Below, piece by piece: positions 29,143 through 38,486 of a stretch of 64,000 nucleotides of DNA (positions are counted from its first letter, which is position 1; every line of letters starts with the position of its first letter). The DNA is from Clostridiales bacterium (GTDB lineage Bacteria; Bacillota; Clostridia; Christensenellales; CAG-314). A model generated the notes under the pieces. It saw only the letters and a list, made by a program, of their open reading frames with translations, searched no databases and was not told the DNA's origin. The position numbers were made by a program, and so were the translations under genes. The stretch is from contig JAFLVJ010000001.1 in assembly GCA_022508375.1 (NCBI GenBank), forward strand, positions 66,857 to 130,856, read 5' to 3'.

Positions 29143-29987
29143 ATACACTGATTACTGCGTTGGCTACGCCGTACAAGGACGGCAAGGTGGACACGCTAAG
29201 TTACGAAAAATTGGTCCTCTACCAATTGAACTCGGGCGTAGATGCCTTGCTTGCCGTCGGCACCACCGCCGAGGCGCAACTGCTGACGAAAAACGAAAAA
29301 CAGCTGTTGATTACCCAAACCAAACAATTAGCAAAGCGCACTCCTGTATGGGTGGGGATAGCAGGACGTTCCACAACGGATGTCATGTGCGAGGCAGTGT
29401 TCGCCGAGGAGCTGGGTGCAGACGGTCTGCTTGTTGCTCCGCCTGCGTTTGTCAAGTGTACTCCTAAAGGCTACGTGCAGTACATAAATGAAATATTGAA
29501 AGTTGTGTCTATCCCTGTCATGCTGTACAATGCGCCAAGCAGGTGCAACTACACCTTAAATAAAGAGGCGGTCAGTGAACTTAGCAAGCGCGTTCGCTAC
29601 ATGAAAGATGCAGGCAAAAACCTCAGTTACACTGCCGCGCTATCCTCCAAGATGAAGGTGCTGTGCGGAAACGACACATTACTTTGCGATATGCTAAATT
29701 GCGGTGCCAGTGGCGTTGTGTCGGTAGTATCAAACGTGGCGCCGTTGCTCACAAGGCGAATACTTGACGGTCAGTACACCGCGGAGGACTACGAACTATT
29801 CAAACGGCTGTGTAAATTGTCCATGCTTGAGGTAAGTCCCGTTGCAATCAAATATTTGCTGTACAAGAAGGGAATTTTCGAAGGATACAATATGCGCCTT
29901 CCGCTAACGAGAGCCAACGAGCAGACACGAAAAAAAATCAATAAGTTTTGGCTCGGATATTCAAAAAAAGATTCCCCGCTACGCTAA
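29139..29987 (+). CDS. dapA: 4-hydroxy-tetrahydrodipicolinate synthase
   Basis: ALATPYKDGKVD...VGTTAEAQLLT...YNAPSR. It overlaps the asd stop, and its last ~12 codons lie inside repeat B3. Confidence 0.9.
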   Translation: MNTLITALATPYKDGKVDTLSYEKLVLYQLNSGVDALLAVGTTAEAQLLTKNEKQLLITQTKQLAKRTPVWVGIAGRSTTDVMCEAVFAEELGADGLLVAPPAFVKCTPKGYVQYINEILKVVSIPVMLYNAPSRCNYTLNKEAVSELSKRVRYMKDAGKNLSYTAALSSKMKVLCGNDTLLCDMLNCGASGVVSVVSNVAPLLTRRILDGQYTAEDYELFKRLCKLSMLEVSPVAIKYLLYKKGIFEGYNMRLPLTRANEQTRKKINKFWLGYSKKDSPLR

Positions 29988-30030
29988 CGCTTCACTCCCC
30001 TATCCGAGTCACTTTGGGGAATACCTGAAA
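29950..30030 (+). repeat. family B palindromic repeat, copy B3 (degenerate right arm)
   Basis: GGCTCGGATATTCAAAAAAAGATTCCCCGCTACGCTAACGCTTCACTCCCCTATCCGAGTCACTTTGGGG. It overlaps the 3' end of dapA. Confidence 0.7.
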
Positions 30031-30141
30031 CTTGTAATTGCGGGAAGCAAACTGAACTTCAAACAATCAAAAACTCCCTTTGTTGAATAATCAAAGGAAG
30101 TTAGCGCCGTCAGGTTACTGATGCGATAAAGAGGCAAAAGT

Positions 30142-30873
30142 ATGAATATAGCAGTATTTGGCGCGTGTGGACGCGTTGGAAGCAAGGTTGTTCAACTTGC
30201 CCAAAAACGCGGCCACACCGTCGTACCCATCGACATAAAAAACAAAGATAAATCAAACGCCCCTACCGACATATTTCGTCGTTCAACGAATGTTACGGTA
30301 AGGTCAGACAGTTCACAATGCAATGATGACTGTTGTAGTTGTGTGGCAAATGAAAGTAAAACGGTTGAGCCGAATCCGATTGACGCGGTGATTGACTTTT
30401 CTACCGCTGAGGCGACTAAGGAAGTATGCGAATACTGCGTGGCTCACCGCTGCGCGCTTATCAGCGGAGTGACGGGCAGAAACGACGAGCAGCAACGCTT
30501 AATTGACGAGCTGTCGGCGTTGCTACCGGTTATATGCAAGTCGAACTTTTCCATAGGCATAGACATGCTACACAAGATATGTCAAGCCGTGGCAAGCGAA
30601 CTGCCCGACTGGGACTGCGAAATCGTAGAAACGCACCGCCGTGGCAAAAAGGACGCTCCGAGCGGTACAGCGAAAAGCCTTGCCACCGCAGTTGCCAAAC
30701 AAAAAAACTTTAAAAGCGTAACAACACACGCACTACGCTTGGGCAGTAACTGTGGGCGTCACGAAGTTATATTTGCCACCAACGGTGAAAGTCTTACCCT
30801 TGTTCACCAAGCGGAAAACGTGGACATATTCGCCCTCGGCGCAGTAATCGAATGTGAGAAACTCGCAAAATAA
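30142..30873 (+). CDS. dapB: 4-hydroxy-tetrahydrodipicolinate reductase with a Cys-rich insertion
   Basis: IAVFGACGRVGS and ETHRRGKKDAPSGTA. There is an insertion of roughly 40 aa, ...SQCNDDCCSCVANE..., after the first beta-alpha unit. Confidence 0.85.
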   Translation: MNIAVFGACGRVGSKVVQLAQKRGHTVVPIDIKNKDKSNAPTDIFRRSTNVTVRSDSSQCNDDCCSCVANESKTVEPNPIDAVIDFSTAEATKEVCEYCVAHRCALISGVTGRNDEQQRLIDELSALLPVICKSNFSIGIDMLHKICQAVASELPDWDCEIVETHRRGKKDAPSGTAKSLATAVAKQKNFKSVTTHALRLGSNCGRHEVIFATNGESLTLVHQAENVDIFALGAVIECEKLAK

Positions 30874-30902
30874 AAAACTCACCCTTTTTGGCGTGAGTTT
30901 TC
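30874..30902 (+). terminator. dapB terminator
   Basis: AAACTCAC...GTGAGTTT followed by a T-run. Confidence 0.6.
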
Positions 30903-30938
30903 GAACTATTTAGTATATTAAATTGAAATTTATTGTTC

Positions 30939-31376
30939 CTATAATCTCTTGTCCAAACACTGAATATATTGTGCAACTAAAAAATAATTTTCCATATCCT
31001 TTTCATCCAATCCTCTAAACGCAAAAAGGTCATCATATATTTCCGCCACTCTAGTAATATCTTCACCTTCAATATGAAAGAATCCCGTTATCAAATCAAT
31101 ACCAACTAAAACAGACGCATCTTTCGATTTATATACTACAATTTGAGGCACCGTGCCATGCGGCAGTTTCTCTCTATTAGTCTCGTTCTCCGTAATATTC
31201 AATTTAACAACTTTGCAAAACTTTAAAGATTTAAATTCTTCGAAGGCATATTTAAGGCAGAAGTAATCATTTATTTCTGTGCCGCTTTTTCGGTTCGGTT
31301 TTAACCTATCACGGTTTTCGCTATATATACGTTTCCACTCTTGAACCATTTCAATAGTTGGTTCTTTTGTTAACAT
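30939..31376 (-). CDS. 145-aa hypothetical protein in a markedly AT-rich islet
   Basis: Clean ORF with no motif I recognise. Its composition is clearly AT-richer than the flanking dapB and U32 genes. Confidence 0.55.
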   Translation of the reverse strand: MLTKEPTIEMVQEWKRIYSENRDRLKPNRKSGTEINDYFCLKYAFEEFKSLKFCKVVKLNITENETNREKLPHGTVPQIVVYKSKDASVLVGIDLITGFFHIEGEDITRVAEIYDDLFAFRGLDEKDMENYFLVAQYIQCLDKRL

Positions 31377-31413
31377 ATCAAACTCTCCGTTAAATTACTG
31401 TATAGGGTACAAC

Positions 31414-32655
31414 TTATTCTTCCGTATCAAGTTTTTTGCGCAAGATGTCGCCTGCAGTGAGCGGATAGGGGCAATTGATGGTGAGTATCTGCTTGACCTT
31501 GTTGCACACTTCAACGGCATTACCCTTATCATCCTTTGCGTACTCGACGGTAAACGTCTTGCCACTGTCACCCGTTGCCGACAGCACCTCTAACGTTTCG
31601 CCTACAACAAATTTGTTGCGTTGTTCGACGGTTGCAACGCCGTCTTTTACGTCCTTGATGACTGCCACGAACTTGTACTCCTCCACCGCCTTGCTTGATG
31701 GATAATACTGACGGCTTTCCTGTTCGTCGAAGTAAAAGCCCGTTGTGTATTCGCGGTGAGATGCCTTGTTGAGTTCGGCGTTGAGTTCATCGATCAGCTC
31801 CTGCGTAAAGTTGCCGCTTGCAATAGCGTTTAGCGCCCTGCGATATGCCGCCACAACCGTTGCCACGTAAAAAGCCGACTTCATTCGACCTTCGATCTTG
31901 AAGCTGACAACGCCTGCCTCGATAAGCTCGGGCAAATGCGCAAGCATGTTCATATCCTTTGAGTTGAATATGTAAGTTCCCCGTTCGTCTTCCATGACGG
32001 GCATACTGTCGTTTCGGCTGACTTCCCTGACTTCCCACTGCCAACGACACGCCTGTACGCACTCGCCGCGGTTACTGTTGCGGTTTGTAAGATAGTTGCT
32101 CATAAGGCACCTACCCGAGTAACTTACGCACATAGCACCGTGAACGAATGTTTCAAGCTGAACGTCGGGACAAAACTTGGAAATTTCCGCAATTTGCTTG
32201 AGCGGAACTTCACGCGCAAGCACTACGCGCTCGGCGCCCTGTTTTTTCCAAAAATCCACCGCGTATTTGTTGGTGGTATTGGCTTGCGTGGATACGTGTA
32301 TTGCAAGCTTGCTGTGAGCACGTACGTAATCGAATACGCCCACGTCGGAAATTAGCACCGCGTCAACTTTTGCCCGTTGTAATAGCTCAAGATAGTCTTG
32401 AAGATCATCGAAATCGCAGTTACTTGCAAATATGTTGAGCGTCACGTACACCTTTTTGTTGAGGCTGTGCACATACTGTACCGCCTCGACGATTTCGTCA
32501 TCGGTAAAGTTATCGGCAAAGGCGCGAAGTCCGTAGCGTTTGCCTGCAAGATATACCGCATCCGCTCCAAAGTGAAAAGCGGTAACAAGTTTTTCCATGT
32601 TACCGGCCGGTGCTAAAAGTTCGATTTGGGGTGCAATTTTTGTTTGTTTTTTCAT
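31414..32655 (-). CDS. peptidase U32 family protein (TrhP-like tRNA hydroxylation factor)
   Basis: ELLAPAGN...AGADAVY and the N-terminal barrel of the U32 family. It sits next to a TrmR-like methyltransferase, as in B. subtilis yrrMNO. Confidence 0.85.
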   Translation of the reverse strand: MKKQTKIAPQIELLAPAGNMEKLVTAFHFGADAVYLAGKRYGLRAFADNFTDDEIVEAVQYVHSLNKKVYVTLNIFASNCDFDDLQDYLELLQRAKVDAVLISDVGVFDYVRAHSKLAIHVSTQANTTNKYAVDFWKKQGAERVVLAREVPLKQIAEISKFCPDVQLETFVHGAMCVSYSGRCLMSNYLTNRNSNRGECVQACRWQWEVREVSRNDSMPVMEDERGTYIFNSKDMNMLAHLPELIEAGVVSFKIEGRMKSAFYVATVVAAYRRALNAIASGNFTQELIDELNAELNKASHREYTTGFYFDEQESRQYYPSSKAVEEYKFVAVIKDVKDGVATVEQRNKFVVGETLEVLSATGDSGKTFTVEYAKDDKGNAVEVCNKVKQILTINCPYPLTAGDILRKKLDTEE

Positions 32656-32717
32656 GGTTCGAAATGCAATAAAAAGTGTGATTGTTGATTGAAGGCGGTC
32701 AGACGCATATCACCGCC

Positions 32718-33299
32718 TTAAAATAATTTTGTTGAAATAGTTACCCCATCACCAATACGGTGCAGCGTTGTACTGTACCGTTCGTTGGTGGTAATATCGT
32801 CAAGAAACGCTCGCATGTTGCGGGCGACGGTTATATGCTTATGGCGCTTGTTGTCGGGAACGTGCTCCACCAGTCCCTTGTACAGGACGTTATCGCATAC
32901 GAGCGTTCCGCCAATTTCAAGCAAGTCCGTAAGGTACGGAAAGAACACCTCGTATTGACCCTTGGGACCGTCAAGAAAAATGAAGTCGTAGCTTCCCGTA
33001 AGCTTAGGAACGATTTCTCGCGCGTCGCCAACGAAAATGTTGACGCGATTGAGCAATCCGAACTCGGCAAAGTTTTTGCGGGCTAAGCTTGCGCTACCTT
33101 CGTCCATTTCAATTGTGTTGAGCGTAGCCTTCGATGCCGAAAGCATCACGATACCGCTGTACCCTATAGCCGTGCCGATTTCGAGAATCCTAGACGGCTG
33201 TTTTTGCTTTACGGTTGCGTATAGCAATTCCTTGGTGTCGTCCAGCATCACGGGAATATATCGTTCTCGCGCGAATTTTTCCAGTTGTTGTAAATCCAT
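32718..33299 (-). CDS. SAM-dependent O-methyltransferase (YrrM/TrmR-like)
   Basis: ILEIGTAIGYS and FIFLDGPKGQY, O-methyltransferase family 3. Confidence 0.8.
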   Translation of the reverse strand: MDLQQLEKFARERYIPVMLDDTKELLYATVKQKQPSRILEIGTAIGYSGIVMLSASKATLNTIEMDEGSASLARKNFAEFGLLNRVNIFVGDAREIVPKLTGSYDFIFLDGPKGQYEVFFPYLTDLLEIGGTLVCDNVLYKGLVEHVPDNKRHKHITVARNMRAFLDDITTNERYSTTLHRIGDGVTISTKLF

Positions 33300-33302
33300 A
33301 AG

Positions 33303-35303
33303 TTATACTTCCATGATGATGGGTAGCACGATAGGATTGCGCTTCCATTTTACGCGGAAATAATGCCGTATTGTTTTTTGTATAGCAGTCTTGATTCCGC
33401 CGATACTGCCAACGCCTTGGTTCGACAGCCGCGTAAGCTCCGACTTGACTTCCTGCTTGAGGTCGTCAACGGGATTGTCGGCGTCACCCTGGAAGAAACA
33501 ACCGCGACTTACAATTTCGACGTCCGTTACAAGCCTACCCGTGCGTTTGTTTAGTCCCACAACACACACCAGTATTCCGTCTTCGGACAGCGTCAATCTG
33601 TCACGCAATACTGCGTTTCCGATATCGCCCACGCCCAAACCGTCCACCATTACGCTACCGCTTGCAACAGTCCCAACAACCTTGAAGGTATTGGGGTCAA
33701 CCTCAACACAGTCGCCGATATCGGGAATAATAACGTTGTTCTTTTTATGTTTGAGGTTGCATACTAGCGTTGCGTGCTGTTTGAGGTGTCGATATTCGCC
33801 GTGAACCGGTATAAAATACTTGGGTTTTACCAAGGTGTAGATGAGCTTCAAGTCCTCCTGACAGGCGTGTCCCGATACGTGTACTGCGCTAAGCGCCGAA
33901 TACACCACGTTTGCGCCCAGTCGATACAGCTTGTTAATGACGCTATATACGTCGCGCTCGTTACCTGGGATGGGATTTGCAGAAATAACTATCGTGTCAT
34001 TGCTTCCGATTTGAATTTTGTTAAATTCACCGCTTGCCATGCGCGTCAAAGCAGCCATGGGTTCGCCTTGGCTACCTGTGGAAAGTATAAGCAGCCTTCC
34101 GTCCTCGATATTACCGATCTTATCGATATCCACAAACATATCGTTATCCACGCTTAGCATACCCACGCGCTTGGCAGTTTCGATATACTTGTTCATACTC
34201 TTGCCGGTCAGCACAATCTTGCGGCGATATATCTTGGCAAGGTCGATAATCATACCCAGTCTGTCCACGTTGGAAGCAAACGTCGCAATGATGATACGCC
34301 GTCCCTTTGCCTCCTGAAAGACGTTGTTTATAGTTTCGCGCACTACCGTCTCGCTGATGGTATAGCCGGGTTTTTCCACATTGGTCGATTCACTCATCAA
34401 CAGCAACACGCCCTGCTTGCCTATTTCCGCAATGCGGTTGAGGTTCATTATTTCATTGCCCAGCGGGGTAAAGTCTATCTTGAAGTCGCCCGTATGCAAC
34501 ACGTTACCAACCGGGGTGCGTAAACATACCGCAACACTACCCGCCACCGAATGCGACACGGGGATAAATTCGGCAGACATCTGTCCCAGACTTACAACGC
34601 TGTTGTCGGATACGGGAACAAAGTTAACCTTGTCGTAAACGCCGTGCTCGATAAGTTTGTTTTCCACCAAGGCAAGCGTCAAACGCGTGCCGTAAACATC
34701 TACTTTGCCGCCCAGTTTATCCACTATGAAGGGAAGCGCGCCTATGTGGTCCTCGTGTCCGTGTGTGAGCAATATGCCCTTGACGCGACTGCGGTTTTCG
34801 CATAGATATGTTACGTCGGGAATAACCACGTCAACGCCCGGCATGTCGGAACTGGGGAATGCCATACCTACGTCCAACACAACGATACTGTCGCCGTATT
34901 CGAACAGCGTCATGTTTTTGCCTATTTCGCCAACGCCGCCTAGGAACATAACTTTGAGCTTTCCGCGGGGCTTTTTGGTAGCATTTGCATGAGTAGCTTG
35001 CTGTGTTTTTTTGTACCCCTTGTTGGCAGTTTGAGCGCTTGGGCTTTGTTTATTAACAGTTTGTGCGCTGTTTTGCTTAGGGGGTTGAGTTTGTTTATTA
35101 TTTGCTTGCGGTTTATTAAAGGCTTGCTTCGGGTCTTGTTTTTGCCTGTTGGCAGCCTGTTGATTACCTGTTGCTTTGCCGTTTGGCTGTTGTTTGTTAG
35201 CAGTTTGTTTGTTGTTGGATTTTATATTGTTTCTTTGTTGATTATTTTTTTGTTGTTGATTGCTTTCTCGCAATTGGGAAGAATTATTTAGTTTGTTTTT
35301 CAT
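33303..35303 (-). CDS. rnj: ribonuclease J with a ~110-aa Q/N/K-rich N-terminal extension
   Basis: GGVGEIGKNM and HGHEDHIGALPF (metallo-beta-lactamase/beta-CASP). The ATG at 35303 lies 6 nt after AGGTG. There is no in-frame start between it and the catalytic core except the M of MFLGG. Confidence 0.88.
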   Translation of the reverse strand: MKNKLNNSSQLRESNQQQKNNQQRNNIKSNNKQTANKQQPNGKATGNQQAANRQKQDPKQAFNKPQANNKQTQPPKQNSAQTVNKQSPSAQTANKGYKKTQQATHANATKKPRGKLKVMFLGGVGEIGKNMTLFEYGDSIVVLDVGMAFPSSDMPGVDVVIPDVTYLCENRSRVKGILLTHGHEDHIGALPFIVDKLGGKVDVYGTRLTLALVENKLIEHGVYDKVNFVPVSDNSVVSLGQMSAEFIPVSHSVAGSVAVCLRTPVGNVLHTGDFKIDFTPLGNEIMNLNRIAEIGKQGVLLLMSESTNVEKPGYTISETVVRETINNVFQEAKGRRIIIATFASNVDRLGMIIDLAKIYRRKIVLTGKSMNKYIETAKRVGMLSVDNDMFVDIDKIGNIEDGRLLILSTGSQGEPMAALTRMASGEFNKIQIGSNDTIVISANPIPGNERDVYSVINKLYRLGANVVYSALSAVHVSGHACQEDLKLIYTLVKPKYFIPVHGEYRHLKQHATLVCNLKHKKNNVIIPDIGDCVEVDPNTFKVVGTVASGSVMVDGLGVGDIGNAVLRDRLTLSEDGILVCVVGLNKRTGRLVTDVEIVSRGCFFQGDADNPVDDLKQEVKSELTRLSNQGVGSIGGIKTAIQKTIRHYFRVKWKRNPIVLPIIMEV

Positions 35304-35323
35304 TATTTTCACCTATATTAAAT

Positions 35324-36292
35324 TCACCGCTTCGAACGCTGGCGGGCAAGCTTGCGGCTGTGTCTTTCCGTGCCCACTACGTCCACGCGCTTGTAAAAGT
35401 ACGGACGGTTGTCCGCTTGGAAGTACTCCACAATGTTGATGCACTTGAGATAAAAGAAAAATACAAAGTTGGGTACAGTCAGGGTAATTGTTGACGCAAT
35501 TGGGTTGTCGATAAACATAATTGACACCACGCTTACCACAGCCATCAGGCACACTACAATCAGGATCTTCCAAAATACGCGCCAAAAACGCAACATAATC
35601 TTGGATAATCCCAGCTTGAAAGCTTGACGCGTGGACATATTTTCGCACACTACCGACGGCAAACAAAACGCAAACAGCGTTTGACGGATGACGTAAAACA
35701 GCAACGCGATAATTGCCACGGGAATAATAGTCCACCAATTGAACGCTATCAAAAATGTAAGATAGAAGCCCACGCAACCGGCAATTATCAATACATCCAA
35801 TGGCAAAACAAGCGCCGTCTGAAGTAACACAAATTGCCAAGCCCTGCCCTGTTTCTTTACAAAAAACCATATAAAGGGACGTTCGGCGTTACTGGTCATG
35901 AACTCCTCCAACTGACATTCGCACGCCACGTCGGATAACGACACCAACATTCGGTAGAGGGTAAAGATAAATACGAAAATCAAGTAGGACAGCGTAACAT
36001 TACCCCAAGGTACATCTACCGAGGTTATGGATTGCTTAACAGTGGATATCAGTTCGGAAAACTCCACGGCAAATTGCTCGCTATCGAACTCCGCCGAAAA
36101 AATGCTATTGACAGTGTCGTATAAAAAATCCTTGATATTGTTATCCCGTACAATATGAACGACCTCGTCAAACACATTGCCGAAAATCAGGCTTCCAAGT
36201 GCCACAATCAACGCAAGCAACAGCGCTTGATACAATATTGTTTTGAGCAGTACCTTCCAATTAGCGGAGGCAAGTCTAAGCGGTTTTATCAC
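35324..36292 (-). CDS. multi-pass membrane protein, function unknown
   Basis: 322 aa with at least six hydrophobic segments and a basic C-terminus. Confidence 0.65.
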   Translation of the reverse strand: MIKPLRLASANWKVLLKTILYQALLLALIVALGSLIFGNVFDEVVHIVRDNNIKDFLYDTVNSIFSAEFDSEQFAVEFSELISTVKQSITSVDVPWGNVTLSYLIFVFIFTLYRMLVSLSDVACECQLEEFMTSNAERPFIWFFVKKQGRAWQFVLLQTALVLPLDVLIIAGCVGFYLTFLIAFNWWTIIPVAIIALLFYVIRQTLFAFCLPSVVCENMSTRQAFKLGLSKIMLRFWRVFWKILIVVCLMAVVSVVSIMFIDNPIASTITLTVPNFVFFFYLKCINIVEYFQADNRPYFYKRVDVVGTERHSRKLARQRSKR

Positions 36293-36304
36293 GACAGTTA
36301 CCTC

Positions 36305-37126
36305 CTAATCGAAAAGTTTTTGTACCAAATCCCTGCGTTCGCCGCCGATGTCGTCGTAGAACTTTTTGAAAGCGAAGGACGGGATAAACATCAGACACAG
36401 CGTGAGCGCAACGCCGTACACCAACACGTGTAGCTTGAAGGGCGCAAGCATATACGCCACTATCAGCACGACAAGACGTAACGACGCGTACAGCAGCGAC
36501 ATACCAAATAGGTTCATCTGTCTTGAGGACATCACGCGAGCCGAGTGGGACATTGCAACGTTGAAACGGTAGTTATCGCTGTACATAAGCGGAAAAGTCA
36601 TCAATAGCAACCCAAATAGGTATGTCAAAAACACCCTGATTGCAAACGCCAATACCATCGTGATGGATACAATCGCATAGACGTTACCGATAAACTTTAT
36701 CAGGTAACTCAGTCCTACAACTACCAACATCGCAAGTTCGTTTGCGACAATGCACACGACGACGTAAAGCAACATCTGCGGAAAAATTAACAGCGCCTTT
36801 TTTATGGGGAACACTTGCATCTTGCCTACGCGCATATGTCTGCTAATCATAACGACAAGCAGGCACATGGTTAGCACTAGCAACAGGATAGCGCACAACG
36901 TCACCCACCAGTATTTGCCCAGCCTTAGCACCGTCAATACTGATGTTAACATACCCAAAAAGTTATCCGCTGTAATATTGCCGTTGATAAGTGCGTCAAA
37001 TATCGACAACTCCCGAGCAGGATTGTAGAAAAACGCCAACAGCACAGCAACGGGCAACACGACGTACACCAGTCGCCAAAAATTGCGAAAGATATATGAA
37101 AATGTAGATTTTCTTTGTAATCTCAT
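36305..37126 (-). CDS. multi-pass membrane protein, function unknown
   Basis: 273 aa with at least six hydrophobic segments, immediately upstream of the previous gene. Confidence 0.65.
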   Translation of the reverse strand: MRLQRKSTFSYIFRNFWRLVYVVLPVAVLLAFFYNPARELSIFDALINGNITADNFLGMLTSVLTVLRLGKYWWVTLCAILLLVLTMCLLVVMISRHMRVGKMQVFPIKKALLIFPQMLLYVVVCIVANELAMLVVVGLSYLIKFIGNVYAIVSITMVLAFAIRVFLTYLFGLLLMTFPLMYSDNYRFNVAMSHSARVMSSRQMNLFGMSLLYASLRLVVLIVAYMLAPFKLHVLVYGVALTLCLMFIPSFAFKKFYDDIGGERRDLVQKLFD

Positions 37127-37251
37127 ATTTCACCCTTAATTACTTGTAGTAATTATACAGTATATAACGCATTTTTTCAACTATTTAACGGATATAAATA
37201 GTTTGCCACGCCAATATCTGTCAAAAAATACACAAAACCATCACATGGGTC

Positions 37252-37283
37252 AAAAAAAAACGCCCGAGTATAACTCAGGCGTT
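37252..37283 (-). terminator. strong rho-independent terminator closing the phage-like operon
   Basis: On the minus strand, AACGCCUGAG-UUAUA-CUCGGGCGUU is followed by UUUUUUUUU. Confidence 0.8.
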
Positions 37284-37554
37284 AAACAAAGTTGCAGCCA
37301 ACCAATTAACTGCGCGTTTGGTCGGCTGTTTCAAAATATGTCCGCAAAGTTCGGGCGTGTACCGAACATTTGCGCCCTTGCGAGAGGGGGTGCAGAGGGG
37401 AGATATGCGACTTCTCCCCCTGCAGTCACAAAGATGAAGCTTGTGCATCACAAGCTTCCTTGTTAGTCCGACCGCAGGGATGCACAAGCACACGTCAGTG
37501 CAGGGTTGCAAGGCGCAAGCCGCCGTCAACCAAGTCCCTGCGCGTTTGGTCGGA
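37284..37554 (-). ncRNA. candidate structured 3' UTR or ncRNA between the last phage-like gene and the terminator
   Basis: No plausible ORF. At least four strong hairpins, at 37344-37373, 37391-37424, 37436-37458 and 37466-37480/37535-37555. Two 32-nt direct repeats (27/32 identical) each carry GCGTTTGGTCGG. The strand is inferred only from the operon context. Confidence 0.35.
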
Positions 37555-38484
37555 CTAGGGTATTAAGGTTGTGTTTACCCAATCCACAAACGCGCTGTAG
37601 TACGTTCCGAGGTGCACCACCATGAAGGAGTCGAAGGACAGTATAATCTTGCCTTCCTCACGTGTAAGCGGAAAAAATACATCCTGACTGACGGCATATT
37701 TTTCCTTTTCTATCATGCGACGGTAACCAGTTTCGCCGTATTCGAGATACAGCTTGCTGTTGTTGTAAGCGCGGTTGTACGCCGCCCTTCGCGCCGCTTC
37801 GTAGGCTTTGGCGCGGGAAGCCTGATACTTGGCTTCCTTTTCGTCCAATCCCGTGTTGTACTTTTCGATACTGCGTGCAAGCGCTTCCTCGTCCTGTTTG
37901 AGCTTTTGATATTTTTGTATAATACGCGCCGCTTTTTCCTCCTCGAGGTCGGCGCACCTTTCTTGGTAGATTTGTTCGGCGTCCTGTTGCTCCTTATCTA
38001 CAAGCGCCATCTTGTCGGTCCACTCCTTGTTTTTTCGGTTTGTTTTCTTTTCCATCTTGGTTACCAACTGCTCCTCGTACTTGGTGGCAACTGTGGAAAA
38101 TATCAACCCATTATTTATCAAACGACGGTGTAACGCCTCGTATTCCTTGTAGTATTCGTCCAAAACAGCCTGCGCGCTCTTATCCTTGCTAAGCTGCATT
38201 TGAGCAAGCTTGTTTGCTAAGCTTTTGACAGTTGTATTGTAACTTTTGTCCAAGGCAGACTGCTTGGAAATGATGCTTGCAGCTACTTGCTCTTCCGCCA
38301 TTTGCATCAATTCTTCTTCCGTCTTGGGCTCGTATATCAGTTTAGTAAGATAAAGACTGTCCGGCATGTCCAGCTTCGGCTCGACAAATTCCAACGAGTA
38401 CTTTTCGTCAATGTAAAGTATGCGCGTTTTCAGTCCGTTGTAGATGTGCGCTAGCTCTAATAGCCTTTCGTTTGTTACTGCCAT
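37555..38484 (-). CDS. 309-aa coiled-coil protein of the phage-like cluster, function unknown
   Basis: Long K/E/Q/A-rich heptad-like region, and the last gene of the operon. Confidence 0.6.
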   Translation of the reverse strand: MAVTNERLLELAHIYNGLKTRILYIDEKYSLEFVEPKLDMPDSLYLTKLIYEPKTEEELMQMAEEQVAASIISKQSALDKSYNTTVKSLANKLAQMQLSKDKSAQAVLDEYYKEYEALHRRLINNGLIFSTVATKYEEQLVTKMEKKTNRKNKEWTDKMALVDKEQQDAEQIYQERCADLEEEKAARIIQKYQKLKQDEEALARSIEKYNTGLDEKEAKYQASRAKAYEAARRAAYNRAYNNSKLYLEYGETGYRRMIEKEKYAVSQDVFFPLTREEGKIILSFDSFMVVHLGTYYSAFVDWVNTTLIP

Positions 38485-38486
38485 AT

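Noticed and set aside
35313-35870. 185-aa minus-strand ORF overlapping the 322-aa membrane protein gene in another frame
   Set aside because: It lies entirely within the longer ORF 35324-36292, which has a coherent TM-helix pattern. The alternative frame is Cys/Arg/Gln-rich and unprotein-like.
37203-37529. 87-aa (+) and 84-aa (-) ORFs in the region after the phage-like operon
   Set aside because: Both are Cys/Arg/Pro-rich, lack an RBS and coincide with dense hairpins and direct repeats. I interpret the region as non-coding structured sequence instead.
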